Origin: Rebecca billardiae RCC1528
Taxonomy: Eukaryota > Protista > Haptophyta
DNA length: 64,000 bases
NCBI GenBank assembly: GCA_965240325.2
Contig: OZ251232.1
Span: forward strand, 372,001 to 436,000
Direction of reading: 5' to 3'
Shown: in pieces, positions 21,517 through 33,639 of the stretch
Numbering within the stretch: the stretch's first letter is position 1
Layout: every line of letters begins with the position of its first letter
Program-made: the position numbers and the translations under genes
Notes under the pieces: model-generated
Databases searched by the model: none
Seen by the model: only the letters and a program-made list of their open reading frames with translations
Told to the model about the DNA's origin: nothing

Positions 21517-22282
21517 TGTGGCGTTATTGGCACAATAACTGAGTGTCTAAGAGCGACACCAAGATCCGGCTCGCTTGGCATCATCAACCAGCTGTCCGGC
21601 CGGGGCGCCAGCCGCCCAGCGCGCGCAGTCCTGGTCGGACCCTTTTCGGCAGCCAATCCGGTCGGCACCGGGCACCGCCTGCAGGACTTGCTCGGCGATT
21701 CCTGTTCCATCCGAGGCGACTCTTTTGGCCTCGGCACGGCTCGGCCCAAGGTACGGGGGCGCCATGACACAAGGCGCCGAGCTGAGCAGGGGGCCCACGA
21801 CACCGCACGCTACACTCTCCTCCGACCACTCTTGTGAGCTCGGCACACAGGAGGTGTATACGCTGCTTTGGTAGTCCCCTCTGCTCGGTGAGGTTGCTGC
21901 TGTCAGCGCCTCCGCCCTGCAGCGCCGCACCGCAGCCGCGTCGTCGCTCGTCCGGCATCACATTCTCGTCCAGCAGCTCACGTGCTGCCGCGTCAGCTCC
22001 GCGGCGGCGGTTCATTCACTGTTTGCCCACCCTCCCACCCTCTGTCTGGGAGAACGGTGCTGAGCAACTCGTGCTGTCTGGTCAGCCAGATCGGCCGTCG
22101 ACCTCCGTGACTGACGGACCTCACGGGCGCCCTCTCGACCACGGGCAGCTGCGCCTCCGCACTGCCCGCGCCCGTCGTTCGTTGGTAAAATCCCGACCTA
22201 TGTAACATGCTGATGATCGTGTCCCAATCATGATCATCGTGGACTGTCCTAACTGACCTAAGACGCAGTTCATAACGCCACG
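21517..22282. mobile_element. Possible decayed solo LTR or MITE
   Basis: TGTGGCGTTAT ... ATAACGCCAC(G) inverted ends; no clean TSD. Confidence 0.3.
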
Positions 22283-22830
22283 ACCATCCAGCTCTCGGTC
22301 GTGCTCGACGCTTCGCCAGCGAGCAGGGCATGGCGAAGTGGTTACTATATATATATATATATATATTTAACGACGTGGCAGCATCCGACAAGCGTCAGGC
22401 TCAGAGTGCAACAGACACATAGAATGCGTCCGCGCCTTCCGTCCAGGTCAGACAGTGCGCCACCCGCAGCCCTGCCCCCCTACGGGAGCGGGGCCGGGAT
22501 ATGCAGCACCGCCTCGGCCTGGGGCACGCGGCGGCGACGGCAGATGCCGCCGCGGCCGAGCGCCTTCCGGAGCACTTGGATGAGGGTGAGGTCGTAGTCG
22601 ATGTCGCCGCCCGCCGACCTAGCGGCGAGCAGCTCCGGCAAGCGGCAGCCGCGGCTGTCGCCCCCGTGCGCCCGCGTGGGCGCCTGGATGAGGATGAGGT
22701 CGTAGTACGCGTCGCCGCGCGCCGGCCAAGCGGCGCGCACGGCTGCAGAAGAGGGGCTAATGGAGAGTGAGTATATATATATACACTATACTGCTATACC
22801 ATCGCGTACTACCGTAGTCAGTAATTATAA

Positions 22831-24380
22831 GGACCGCGTTCCGCGGTCCTCTTCCGTCAGAACCAACGTAGTTGGGGGCCCGCGGTGCCACCCGCTCCGT
22901 CACCGCCACGGCACGGCGTCGCCCGTCGCATATGCCACCTCGCTGCATCAGTCGCGCGGACTCGGCCACTCGCCGCTGGCCGCGCAGATCTGAGCCTGTG
23001 GCTTTCGTGTCAGGCAGTCAGGCATCCGTCGTGCCCATCAGCGCCCGAGAGCTGGCTCTCAGTCACTGAGTGAGTGAGAGCCGCCGCTCACGGTCAGCGC
23101 GCGGTCCGAGCTCGCGCGCCAAACGCCCGCCCATGCGCCAGTCAAGCCGTCGAGACTCGAGACAGCTCGGATGCGGCGGACGAGAGCAAAATTCATCACA
23201 GCTCGGCCATGGACGGCGCGAGCGAGGGCTTGGGCGAGCGAGATGGCCGTGGTGGCTGCTCCACATCCCGACAAAACGTCCAAGACTACCCGCTCGCACC
23301 ACGCCAACTGGATCAGGCGAAGGCTCCGCACTGCAGATCAGGCTCGGCGCCAGACGGCTGAGCCGGAACGTCCTCGCGAGGCCCCGCGCTTCAACACGCC
23401 GAGAATTCAGCTGCGCGGCGTGCGGCGTGGCGCGCGCGGGCGCGCGCATGGTCAGCTGGAAACACAGCGAGAAACTCGCCTCGCCCCCACGCGCCACGCG
23501 CATTCGCACCCATAATATCACACGCGAGGAGCATCGTCCGATGAGCACCGGTGAGTCAGCTCACGGCTGCGCAGTCAATAAACGATGAACCCGAGGGACA
23601 CCCGATGCTGCGGTCGCCTGCGGAGTAGGCCTGGATTCACGCGTTAGGACTGCCCCGCGGTCTCCTCCTCGTACCGTCGCCGACCGCTCTCCGCGCGCGG
23701 GCGTTGACATCGATTCGTCGGCCCCGCCGGTCGTGCTCGGTTGGAAACCGCACTGACTGGGCCGAAGAGGGATCGGCAGGGCGGGGCGCGCGGGGTGAGC
23801 GGGGCACGAAAGCGACGCCGATGACCGTCGGGACCCGCCGCAGCCGCGCGCACCTGCGCTGAGTCCGTCGGATTGAACGCCTCGTGCGCCAGCGCCGCCG
23901 GCGCGAGGCAGCCCCTCGGCAGTTGCTGAGTGAGCCCTTCTCAGCGGGCTCAACCCTACCGACCCGGACAGGCGACGGGCGGCCGGTAGGTTTTGAGCTC
24001 AGCGACTATATGAAATGAGCTGGCAACGCGAATAGCTGCGGGTATTTTTCAGTGTCTCGCACCATTGGAGTTGGTGAGAGTCGTTATTGCGGTGGCGAGG
24101 CCATAAGACGGTCACACATAAACGAGAGTCTACCCACAATTACCCTGTCTCGCACACTTGGGCGTGGGTTTCGTTGATTCCTCTGAATATGAACTTGTCG
24201 CGGGCGCGTCCATTTCTCGGTGATGCGTGTTAGAGAGGGTCTCAAAATTCGAAACTCGGTCTCCTCCAGCCATGAAAATCGTCCCCCGTCCCTTTTTTCT
24301 TGATCAAAGATCTTTTTGAAACGTGGTTAGGGCCCACGGAGCGGGCTCCACGCTGCGCGCTCCGCCCTGCACCGCGGGCC
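22831..24380. mobile_element. Non-autonomous DNA transposon with GG..CC ends (Kolobok-like), copy 1
   Basis: GGACCGCG...CGCGGGCC termini; 4-bp TSD ATAA (22827-22830/24381-24384). Both ends are homologous to the ends of 47314-49504. Confidence 0.65.
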
Positions 24381-24506
24381 ATAACCGCGCGCAGACGGTC
24401 TACGGCTAATATCATCAGCAATATATATATATATTTACTCGTCGTATTAATAATATATACTGCTTATTAATACGACGACTGATATTAGCATAAGCAGCAT
24501 CATGTA

Positions 24507-25991
24507 TCAAGAATGAATGTGGGACCCTGTCAGTGTCCTGCGCATCTCCGGAGATAGGTGCGCCACCGGCGCGCCGTGCGATTTGCGAGATTTCATGATG
24601 TCGCCGACGCTCGCGGCTCGTGCGATGGCCGCACCCATGTGCGAGAACTTCTTCGCGCCCTTCATGTGCAACATGTTGAGCTCCATCGTGATGGCCTTCG
24701 CCGGGGCTGTAGATGGTGAAGGGTCCGGTGAGGCATGGCCAAACAAGCCCCCCTTGCCCTTGCCCTTCGCGAGCGAGGGGGCGCCATCCGCTTCCTCCGC
24801 GTGGACTGCGGCGTTGAGCGCGTCTATGAGCTCGTTGCCCTGCTTGCGAGCGTGCGTAGGCCCCTCGAGCTGAGCGACGCACTCCTCGGTGAGTGCGCGC
24901 AGCATGTATGATTCAGGGAAGTCGGCCGGATCGAAGCCGAAGGGGTTGGCGAGGAGGGAGTTCAGGTTGAAGCAGCCCTGGTACACGATGGCGAAGGTGG
25001 CGAGGAGCAGCAGGCTCGCCGCGGTGCCGGTCCACGTGCCCTCGATGGACTCACTCGTCGCGCGCGTGAGCGCGATCGACATGCCCGCCTGGATCGTCAT
25101 GGCCAGGACGGCCAACTTGATCAGCAACGTCATGAACGCGACGTATGGGAACGGCAGCTGCGCGTCCAGTTTCGCGCGCGCAGCCGACAGCACGCTGCGC
25201 GCCTCTGCGCACCCGTACGTGGCAATCTCGTAGTGGATGTCAGGCTCGGTGAGGGGACGAGAGCGCTGGTACGCGTCGAAGAGAGTCAAGATCCAAGAGA
25301 CCATCGTCTGTGCGCGCTGCGGCATGTACGAGAGCACGTCGACCTCCTCGGGCGTGAGCACCTTGGACAAGACGAGGTCGTCCAGGTCTTTATCCGCGCG
25401 CGCCTCCTTGAAGAGCAGCACGTGCGATGCGATCACGTAGCGCAGCACGCGCCGCCGCAGCGCAACAAAGTGCGGCGCCTCGCCCTGGAACAGCTGGCCG
25501 CCACTCATGCAGATCGAGCCAAACGCCTGGTGCAGCCCGCCGACCACGTCGAATCGCAGTGACGTGTAGCGGCTGATGGACTCCTGGATGAAGAAGCCCA
25601 GGAAGAACGCCCCGATCGCCTGCAGGGCGACGAAGATGACCTGCAACCGGTCCGCGACCGTCTCCAACCGAGTGACCGCGTCCGGGTCCACCATGCCGAG
25701 CTCGAGCAAGAAGCCAAGCAGCGTCGCGACGCAAACGAGGGCAAAGGTTTGCGCCCACAGGAAGGGATCCTCGAAGACCGTGCCGCGAACGATGCCGATG
25801 AAGCCCATCCGATGCAGCTTGCTCACATCGTACTTCATGATGTGGCCGGACTGGCTGTACGTGACCATTTGCTTGGACTCGCCGCCGCATACGCCGCGCG
25901 TCTCGTCCCAGCAGGTCTGGTGCGAGTCGCCATGGTGCAGCGCGATCTGATCGATGTCGACGATCGATTGCACGAGATCTTCCTTGCCCAT
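24507..25991 (-). CDS. Bestrophin-family anion channel
   Basis: MVTYSQ..., GTVF, AFFLGFFIQESISRY, GVLTPEE-like KVLTPEE, QLPFPYVAF, LANPFGFDPADFP. ATG MGKEDL at 25991. Confidence 0.85.
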   Translation of the reverse strand: MGKEDLVQSIVDIDQIALHHGDSHQTCWDETRGVCGGESKQMVTYSQSGHIMKYDVSKLHRMGFIGIVRGTVFEDPFLWAQTFALVCVATLLGFLLELGMVDPDAVTRLETVADRLQVIFVALQAIGAFFLGFFIQESISRYTSLRFDVVGGLHQAFGSICMSGGQLFQGEAPHFVALRRRVLRYVIASHVLLFKEARADKDLDDLVLSKVLTPEEVDVLSYMPQRAQTMVSWILTLFDAYQRSRPLTEPDIHYEIATYGCAEARSVLSAARAKLDAQLPFPYVAFMTLLIKLAVLAMTIQAGMSIALTRATSESIEGTWTGTAASLLLLATFAIVYQGCFNLNSLLANPFGFDPADFPESYMLRALTEECVAQLEGPTHARKQGNELIDALNAAVHAEEADGAPSLAKGKGKGGLFGHASPDPSPSTAPAKAITMELNMLHMKGAKKFSHMGAAIARAASVGDIMKSRKSHGAPVAHLSPEMRRTLTGSHIHS

Positions 25992-27685
25992 CGCGAAGAC
26001 GCAGGCTGCCCCGTCGAGCAGCGTTCCGGGCGGCCGGCGGAGGGGGGGGGGGGGGGGGGTTGGCCACTCTAATGCCACGCTGCCGGGAATCTTATGCCGC
26101 CCCGGCCGGTCTTGCGGGATAGATCCCGATTCTCCCGGGTCCGGTTGAGCACGCATATCAACCGGAGTCCAGGGGCGTTCCCCGCATCGGTCATGCGCCA
26201 ATTGAACCGTCTTCCTCTTGGAACGGGCTTCCTCCATTTGAAGCGGGTACACTGAATACGGTCATACTGTACGGAAAAAGGCAAAGACCCGTTAGACCGC
26301 CTCTCACGGCCGATGGCGGCCCCCACGTGCGCGAGGAACGCGATTCCTGCACTCCTCGGTGACCGGTGAGTGCAGGAATCCAGTTGCGGCGCTCGTCCGC
26401 CTCGTCGTTGTCGCACACGAGGTACATCCAACACCATGGGTCGTATCCCAAAACTCTCCGCGCGCTCTGTGCGCCCGCGCGGCGAGCGCTTGCAGGCTTG
26501 TTCTCATCATCTTGGCCAAGACTGCAGCCTGCCAGATGCGCCAGGAGACTTGTGCACGCCTTTCCGCGCGTCATGGGTGCGCATGGCACGTACCTTGTCA
26601 TATTATACGCCGAGGAGGCCTGAGCATTCGGCCTACCAACCTTCCGCGATCACGCTCAAATGCAGGCGGCAAGCTGCATGCAAGCGCACGCCGAACGGAA
26701 GCACCTCAAGCTCGACAAGGTAGTGGTGGCGGAGCGTTTAGAGCTGGTGGCGATTGCAGTCCATCTGGCTGTGAACTGGTCGCTAACTGACACGGGCGCG
26801 ACGCAGCAGCCAAGGCAGAGTGCTTGCAGCTTGCAGAGGGCCTGCAGCTGCGGCGGTTTGCCGCCGCTCGCCGGCTGCATCGTACACACTGCCTTGCACC
26901 CCGAGTGACCCCTGTGTCAAGGCGAAGCACCACGGCAAGACGAAGCAGCATGTCTGACAACATCATTCGCCACAGCGCAGCGCCTCAACACGAGAATGCG
27001 CGAATGACGTGCCATCACTACTCCGGACTAGCTCCGGCGCCCGCACCAGCGGGCAAGCCGCCATTGTACCGCGTTTTGGGCTTTTGGCGAATGATTGTCG
27101 CCTTATTTAGGGCTTGGGCTCTCGTAGAAATAAAACAGGCCGGGGGCGCTGGGCCAGATTCGGACCGGTCACCGGGGTCCCACTGTCCTTTCCGTCGCAC
27201 CGCCCTCGCTGGCTCGCACAGCGCGGGGTGCTCGACCGTTACGGGACATTAGTGATGCACCTGATCTTCAGTCCCACACCTAAGTTACAGCAGCCAGAGG
27301 CTAGAGCGTGGCCCGGCGGACCAGCCAAGCTGGGCACCGCCGCGCCCGCGGACGGCGGCCGCCGGCCGCGGGTCGGGAAGCGGCGTTTGGCTTAGGTGTC
27401 CCGCCGGCAGCAGTGCCGGCAAGACGCCCAGCGCTGGCCCGGGCCGCCAGCCCCGGGCGGCGGGCGCGGCTCATTCGGCCCAACGGCGGCCCCGGGTCGC
27501 TCGGCCTGAAACTCCGAGGCGGCTCGGGGCGAGCGCGGTGTTCGAGTTGCCGGCGCAACGCATCCGAGTGCCCGCGGGCCCGGCCAGCGGCAGCCCGGAC
27601 TGCGCTGAAGCGCGTCCGCGAACTGGCGGATGCACAGCTTTCGCCCGCATCCCCGCCGACCACGCCGCCGCCCACCCCGGGGCGT

Positions 27686-29512
27686 TCACACGGCGCGCGG
27701 CCCGAGTCCGGCTCCTGCCGAGTCGCTCGCCCCGTCGGCGGCCGCCGCGCGCCGCTGCTCGTGCCCCGCGACGAGCGCCGCGCCCGCGTCCGCGAAGAAG
27801 TCGCCGTGCAGCATCGCGGGGATGGCGTGGGGCAGCACGAGCTGCGTGCGCTCCTCGAACGTCGTCGCGTTGAGCACGAGCAGGAAGGACGCGCCCGCGC
27901 GGTTGTCGTACACCACCGACAGCACCACGCCGTCGTCCTCGTCCGTGCCGTCCGGGCGCGGCACAAACGTCGGCTCAGAGGGCGCGCAGTACGCGCGCGC
28001 CCACTCCGTCTCCGCGCCCGTGTGGATGTCGACCTTGATGAGCACCGCCTCGACGGCGGCGGGCTGCGCGCGCGCGACCACGCCCTCCGCCCGCGGGTAC
28101 CCGAACCCGTACACGTACCGGTACGGCCGGCCTTGGCGGCGCGGGTCGAAGCGCGGGAACTCGACCATCCGGTCGGCGAGCACGGCGTGCGCGGGCAGCT
28201 CGCGCGGCGCGGAGAGGCGGAGCGGCGGGGGCGAGCGCCCCGCGCCGCGTGGCGGCGGCGGCGAGGCGGCGTGGCTGGGGTCCCCGCCCTCCGCCCCGCC
28301 CGCGCCCGTCCGGCCGGGCAGCTCGCCCAGCGGCAGCGAGTAGCGGCGCAGCTGTCCGCGGTGCGACCACGTCTTAGCAAACGCGGACGTGCGCAGCGCC
28401 TCCAGCCGGAACACGTCGTAGAACGGCCGGTCGTAGCACGCCATGTCGACGTGCAGCGCGCCCGAGGCGTCGTCCTCGTACGCGTTCACGTGGTGGTAGC
28501 TGAAGAAGGCGGGCGCGCGCCACCTGCCCACGAGCGAGCCGCTCCGCCGCTCGAGCACGGTGAAGGTCGCGCCGCGCGCCGGCTCCCAGCGGAAGATGGC
28601 CTCGAGCCCGCGCCGGGGCCGGCCGGTGAGCACCCAGCGCACCTCGTCGCGCAGCGCGCCGCCGAGCGAGAAGAGCCAGGGGAACTCGACGAGCACGATG
28701 TACCGCTGCGACACGCCGAACGAGTGCATGTACGCCGGCGTGCGCACGGGCAGCCGCGCGAGCAGCGTGCGCGTGGGCAGAGCCGGCGGCGCGCGCCGCG
28801 GCCGCGCGGCCGCGCCCTCGTCGTCGGCCGCGCGCTGGGCGGGCGCGGCGGCGGGGATGGAGAAGACCATGTACTCCAGCCGCACGCCCAGCCGCGTCGC
28901 CAGCCCCAGCACCTCGCCCTCCAGCGTGGGCACGAGGTGCGACGAGCTCACCTGCGCGCGGCCGATCGTGTCGCGGAAGTTGAGCGGGCCGACCGTCTCG
29001 AGGCCGGCGAGTGAGAACTGGACGAACGGGGGCGTGTCCGTGAGCGCGACGAAGGAGCCTGCGATCTGGGCGACGTTCACGTTCGGGTTCTCCCGTCGCT
29101 CGCGCCGCAACACCAGCCACAGCCGGCGGAGCAGCCCGATGCGCGGCGCGGTGCCAAACTCTGTCACGGCGACACGCCCCGCCGCGCGGTGCGCGCGCAG
29201 GTTGTGCGTGTCGACGAAGCGGTTGGTGTAGCTCGCGAACGAGCCGTTTGCAAAGGCGAAGCGATACAGCATCGCCTGCCCGTCGAACCAGTGCACGAAG
29301 GGCTCGTCGCCCACCTCGAACAGCGCCGGGCCGACGCGCACGAGAGAGCCCGACAGCCATGCGGGCAGCCCAGCATCGCTGCTCGGCGCTAGCGGCCAGT
29401 CACGCAGCTCCTCGGCGAGCGACTCGAAGCATAGCCCACCGGTCAGCTCGGAGCGTATGCGCACCGCAGCGAGCAGCGCCACCGCCAGGCGAGCGGCACA
29501 CGACGTTCGCAT
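27686..29512 (-). CDS. Carotenoid oxygenase (RPE65/BCO/CCD family), possible N-terminal signal peptide
   Basis: LPAWLSGSLVRVGP, HWFDGQAML, EFGT, ENPNVNV, EFPRFD, PSEPTFVPRP..EDDGVVLS; four Fe-binding His (SSHL, YMHSF, YHHVNAYE, LHGDF). Confidence 0.92.
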   Translation of the reverse strand: MRTSCAARLAVALLAAVRIRSELTGGLCFESLAEELRDWPLAPSSDAGLPAWLSGSLVRVGPALFEVGDEPFVHWFDGQAMLYRFAFANGSFASYTNRFVDTHNLRAHRAAGRVAVTEFGTAPRIGLLRRLWLVLRRERRENPNVNVAQIAGSFVALTDTPPFVQFSLAGLETVGPLNFRDTIGRAQVSSSHLVPTLEGEVLGLATRLGVRLEYMVFSIPAAAPAQRAADDEGAAARPRRAPPALPTRTLLARLPVRTPAYMHSFGVSQRYIVLVEFPWLFSLGGALRDEVRWVLTGRPRRGLEAIFRWEPARGATFTVLERRSGSLVGRWRAPAFFSYHHVNAYEDDASGALHVDMACYDRPFYDVFRLEALRTSAFAKTWSHRGQLRRYSLPLGELPGRTGAGGAEGGDPSHAASPPPPRGAGRSPPPLRLSAPRELPAHAVLADRMVEFPRFDPRRQGRPYRYVYGFGYPRAEGVVARAQPAAVEAVLIKVDIHTGAETEWARAYCAPSEPTFVPRPDGTDEDDGVVLSVVYDNRAGASFLLVLNATTFEERTQLVLPHAIPAMLHGDFFADAGAALVAGHEQRRAAAADGASDSAGAGLGPRAV

Positions 29513-29759
29513 CACGTGACCGGTCGTCGCACGAGCACACACGAGCAGCAGCAGCCTGTCCACCCACGAGCGGAGGTTTCGTGTGACGAATGTTTGCCCA
29601 CCTTCGCAGCCGGCCCCGAACCCGTCGTCGTCACGGTTCCGACCGACCGGCAAAGCGGACAAGGGCAAGGGCAGGCAAGGGTGTCCCTTGACAAGGGTGG
29701 TGCGATCCGGACTCGTCTCCTGCTCAAGCTCAACAGCAGCGAGCGGCGACGGGCCGAGG

Positions 29760-30254
29760 ATGGCGGAGGAGGCACAAGAAGCGCGTCGTAAGCGCTTGCG
29801 GTCTTTGCGCCAAGAGGCCGAAGCAGCGCAGCAGGTGGAGGCCGAAGCGCCCGCGAGCGACAGTGCGGCGGATGGACCGGTGCTTCGCTTTCGAAACTAC
29901 ACGCCGCGCGATGACGAGCTGCAGCATCAGAAGGTCGAGGCGGCAAAGCCGGCGCCTCTGCCGGCCGGCGCCGCGGGCCGTGAGCCCGCAAAGGACATCA
30001 CGGCAGACCCGCTCCTGAACATTGCCCCGAAGAAGGCGAACTGGGACCTCAAACGCGACATCGAAAAGGACATGGCCAAGCTCGATCGCCAGACTGAGCT
30101 CGCGATCGTCGAGCTCCTGCGCAGAAAGATTGCGAGCGCAGAGGGAGGTGGCGGCGGCAGTGAAGACCAGGGCGGGTCCGAGGCTGATCTCGCGGCGGCG
30201 GTGCGGGAGCAAGAGCGTGCCGAGGCGAAGCAAGATGTCGATGACGACGAGTGA
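29760..30254 (+). CDS. CWF18: Spliceosomal protein Cwf18/CCDC12
   Basis: ARRKRLRSLR, LRFRNYTPRD, NIAPKKANWDLKRDIEK..KLDRQTELAIVELLR. Confidence 0.9.
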   Translation: MAEEAQEARRKRLRSLRQEAEAAQQVEAEAPASDSAADGPVLRFRNYTPRDDELQHQKVEAAKPAPLPAGAAGREPAKDITADPLLNIAPKKANWDLKRDIEKDMAKLDRQTELAIVELLRRKIASAEGGGGGSEDQGGSEADLAAAVREQERAEAKQDVDDDE

Positions 30255-30579
30255 TCGTCATGGCGTCCGACGACGCGGACAAACCCAGCACGCAACGTGC
30301 CTAACGCGCTTTCGGCTTTGGCGTGGCTGAGGCTCCGCAACACGCTAGTCACCCGATTGCCCGGGCAGCCCGGCCCGCGCCTGGCAGGGATCCGCCCTCG
30401 GTGCATCAGCTGCGTGGCTGCCGACTGAAGTCCGAGTATAGTGGCACGACATGCCACTGGCATCGGTTGGCGTAAGCCTCGGATATGATCCGACAGTAAT
30501 CCGAGTGCCACTTCCGTCAGGCGTCACGGCTGCGTGAATAACAGACATACTGTATATATTATAATGCCCGTGCATACGA

Positions 30580-30580
<1 letters not shown>

Positions 30581-30636
<56 letters not shown>
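30581..30636. repeat. (TA)n microsatellite
   Basis: Seen directly. Confidence 0.95.
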
Positions 30637-30638
<2 letters not shown>

Positions 30639-31032
30639 TACTACTACAGACTCACTGCGACTGCCAGACAGATCGACGCGACTCCGTCAGTTAATAGTTA
30701 TCTGCACCGCCGCGGCTGCGCTCGGCTAGTGCTGTCTATAGTAGCCAGTCCGAGATTAGTTATACTTAAAATTTTAATTACTATTATTATAACTTAGTGC
30801 GTGGCCGGCCCGGGGATCGACTGACCACTACGGCCGTCGGGGCCGTCACGTGCCTGCAACTCTACGTATAAGTGCTACTTATTAACTTAAGCACCGGTCG
30901 GGGTGGCGTCAGGCGTGCACGCGGAGGGCCAAGGCCCCAAGCCATGCCGGGCCATGACAATTGACAAAGGTCAAGCGGACGACAAGAAAGAAAGGTGAAC
31001 GCACAGGGTTAGTTAGCAACAAACGTCGAGCG

Positions 31033-33420
31033 ATGGCGGACGATGACGACGAGTTCGTCGACGAGCCTTGGCCGAGCGCACGCGGGAGCCGGCCCGAGCT
31101 CCGCACCGTGGCGGCCGAGCCTCGCGTCCCCGCTGCAGCTGCTGCAAGCGGCGCTCCCGACCCATTCGACCTCGTCCTCGTCGATGACGACGACGACGAC
31201 ACGTTTGGCGACGCCCTCCACGCGCACAGCGACTCTCCGAGCGGCGCATCCGAGGAGCCACAAGGCGTCGGCGACCGAAAGCTCACGACAAGCGACATCC
31301 CGTCATCATCGTCGTTTCTGAGCGGTCCTACGGGCGCCGCGGCAGATGGTGGCGGCGCAGCACGAGCCGCAGCTGCGCCGGCCGCAGCCGCACCGGCCAC
31401 AGCATTCCCGCCCGCGAGCGCGCGCGCCACGCCAGCGGCAAATGTGCTCGCCGCCGCGACTCGCGACTTTGCCAGCGGCGAGGGCTCGAGTGATGACTCG
31501 GGCGCCTTCGTCGACCTTGGCGAGCGCGTCATTACGCGTGCGACGGTGGCGCCGGCTGAGGCACCCCAGCCCGCGAGCGCGCGCGCCACGCCGGCGGCAA
31601 CGGCGCTCGCCGCCCTAACTCGCGACTTTGCCAGCGGCGACGACGCGAGCGACGGCTCCGACGAGTTCAGTCTTGGTGAGGGCGCGAGCGGCGGCACTCC
31701 GGCTGCGGCGGGCGCGCGCTCTGCTCCCCACCCCGCGCCAACCCCGCCAGCCTCTCGGCTCGGCGCGCCGAAGGCGTCATCCTCGCTGTCCTCGCTGCAG
31801 ATGCTCAGCGGTCTCTCGCCCATCGAGCCTCGGCCGACGGGCCAGCCGGCCTCGCCGCCGGCTTCGTCGGCCGCGCCCACGCCGCACACCGCGGCGGCCA
31901 CGCGCCGCCCCGCCGAGCACCAGCCCGGGCCAGCCCCGGCTCAGCCCGCCGCCGCCGCCGCGCCGCGGCCGAACACGGTCGGCGCGCGCGGCGCGGTCGG
32001 AGCGGCAGCTGGCGCGGGCGCCGGCTCTGAGGCTTTTGCAGAGCCAGCTGCTGAGGTGGCTGATTGGGATGAGGAGCCCGGTGCGCCGCCGACGGCTGCA
32101 ACCGTGAGCGCGGTGGGCGGGGGCGGCGCGCGCGCGTCAGAGGCGGCGCGCGTGGCGAAGCAGCTGCACTTCTCGCCGCAGCCCGCCGCCAGGCCTCAGC
32201 CCACCCAGCACCTCCCTGCGCCGAGCGCGCTCCCCCGAGCGGTCGCAGACGACGGCTTTGCGCGACAGCCGCCGCCGCCATCGCACGCGCCGCACGGGGG
32301 CGAGGGCGGCGAGCGGCCGGCGCGCTCCGCCCGCGTGCCCGACGCCCGCAGCAGCCAGCCTCCCGCGCGCGCCGACGCGGGCGCGCAGACGGAGGTGACG
32401 CTCATCCGGCCGAGCATGTGGCGAGGCTGGAGCTCGACAGCGCACGGCGCGCCCGCGGCCGGCTGGGGCGGCGGCGCCGGCCGGGGCGCGGGCGGTGGGG
32501 GATGGGGCGTCGCGTCCCAGCCGGACTTCTCGCAGAGCTGGCACGGGATCGGGGTGCCAAGCGGCGCGGGCCGAGCCACGCCCGGCCCGCTCTTCTCCGC
32601 AGCGTCGGCGCCGCGGCTGGGCAGCGCGCACGGCGCTCGCGGTGCGCCGCGCGCCGCTCCGAGCACGGCGCGACTCGCACAGGGGCTCGGAGCCATGTAC
32701 GGCCATGGCCGCGCAGGGCGGCCCGTGGACGTGCACGTGGGCCGCGTCGGCGTGCTGCACGCGCACGTGCCCGTGGCGCGCCGGGCGGTCGGAGCGGCGG
32801 CTGCCGATGCCTTCACGGCGCGCGCCAGTCACGCGGGCAGTGGCGCCGAGCTGGCCGGCAGCAGCGGGCGTGGCGCCGCGCAGGCATCGGCCCATGGCCC
32901 GTGGCGCTCGAAGCGCGCGTGGGGGCAGTCTGAGCGGCCCGACGGCTGGGGCCGTGCGTGGGCCGAGGCTGCTGAGTCGCAGCTCCGCGTGCCGAGCTGG
33001 GAGCGCCCTGCGTCGCACCTGCAGCCACCGAGCGCCTTCGTCCCGCGCGCTGCTGCGCGTGGCACGCCTCCCGCCGGGCTCGATGCGGGCGCGAGCTTGT
33101 CGTGGGGCCGGATGCACAGCGGATCGCGCGCGGCTTTGCGCGCGGCGGAGCCAGAGGCTGCTGCGGGCGCCGTGCGCTGGGGCCGCAGCCGTGCTTTCCA
33201 CCAGCACGCGGGTCGTGACGCCACGCCGCCGGGCGCGACGTATGCCCGTGGCTGGGGCCAAGGAGCCGGCGGCACGTCGGCACCGGCGGCTCACCAGCGC
33301 CGCACCTCTGCGTGGCCGGGCGGGCGCCACGAGGTGGGCAGCACGCAGGAGTGGAATTCTGCCGAGTACTGGCGCGGGCGTTACTTCGAGGAGGTTGCGC
33401 GCCGATACCGAGCGGTGTGA
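31033..33420 (+). CDS. Hypothetical disordered protein with an internal ~30-aa duplication
   Basis: Long ORF from MADDDDEF; PASARATPAAxxLAAxTRDFASG occurs twice; C-terminal EYWRGRYFEE. Confidence 0.5.
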   Translation: MADDDDEFVDEPWPSARGSRPELRTVAAEPRVPAAAAASGAPDPFDLVLVDDDDDDTFGDALHAHSDSPSGASEEPQGVGDRKLTTSDIPSSSSFLSGPTGAAADGGGAARAAAAPAAAAPATAFPPASARATPAANVLAAATRDFASGEGSSDDSGAFVDLGERVITRATVAPAEAPQPASARATPAATALAALTRDFASGDDASDGSDEFSLGEGASGGTPAAAGARSAPHPAPTPPASRLGAPKASSSLSSLQMLSGLSPIEPRPTGQPASPPASSAAPTPHTAAATRRPAEHQPGPAPAQPAAAAAPRPNTVGARGAVGAAAGAGAGSEAFAEPAAEVADWDEEPGAPPTAATVSAVGGGGARASEAARVAKQLHFSPQPAARPQPTQHLPAPSALPRAVADDGFARQPPPPSHAPHGGEGGERPARSARVPDARSSQPPARADAGAQTEVTLIRPSMWRGWSSTAHGAPAAGWGGGAGRGAGGGGWGVASQPDFSQSWHGIGVPSGAGRATPGPLFSAASAPRLGSAHGARGAPRAAPSTARLAQGLGAMYGHGRAGRPVDVHVGRVGVLHAHVPVARRAVGAAAADAFTARASHAGSGAELAGSSGRGAAQASAHGPWRSKRAWGQSERPDGWGRAWAEAAESQLRVPSWERPASHLQPPSAFVPRAAARGTPPAGLDAGASLSWGRMHSGSRAALRAAEPEAAAGAVRWGRSRAFHQHAGRDATPPGATYARGWGQGAGGTSAPAAHQRRTSAWPGGRHEVGSTQEWNSAEYWRGRYFEEVARRYRAV

Positions 33421-33639
33421 CCTGACTGCGCGTCAATCCCGGAGCGTCCGCGCGAGCTACAAGGGCTCGTAACTCGGCGCGTCCCGCGGCAATTACTAGT
33501 TACAGAAGCCATCGACTATCAGCTGTAAATAAAAGCTATAGGTCCTGAATAGGCCATATATAGTATGTCACATATGAATCGGCGGTATAAGCGTATAGTA
33601 GCAGTAGAGTCAAATCAGCCTTTGAGCGACTAATAAAAA

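Noticed and set aside
22480-22770. Short ORFs over a ~108-bp-period duplication
   Set aside because: No recognisable family; at most a gene relic.
26250-27300. Possible TIR element upstream of bestrophin
   Set aside because: No matching TIR pair or TSD found.
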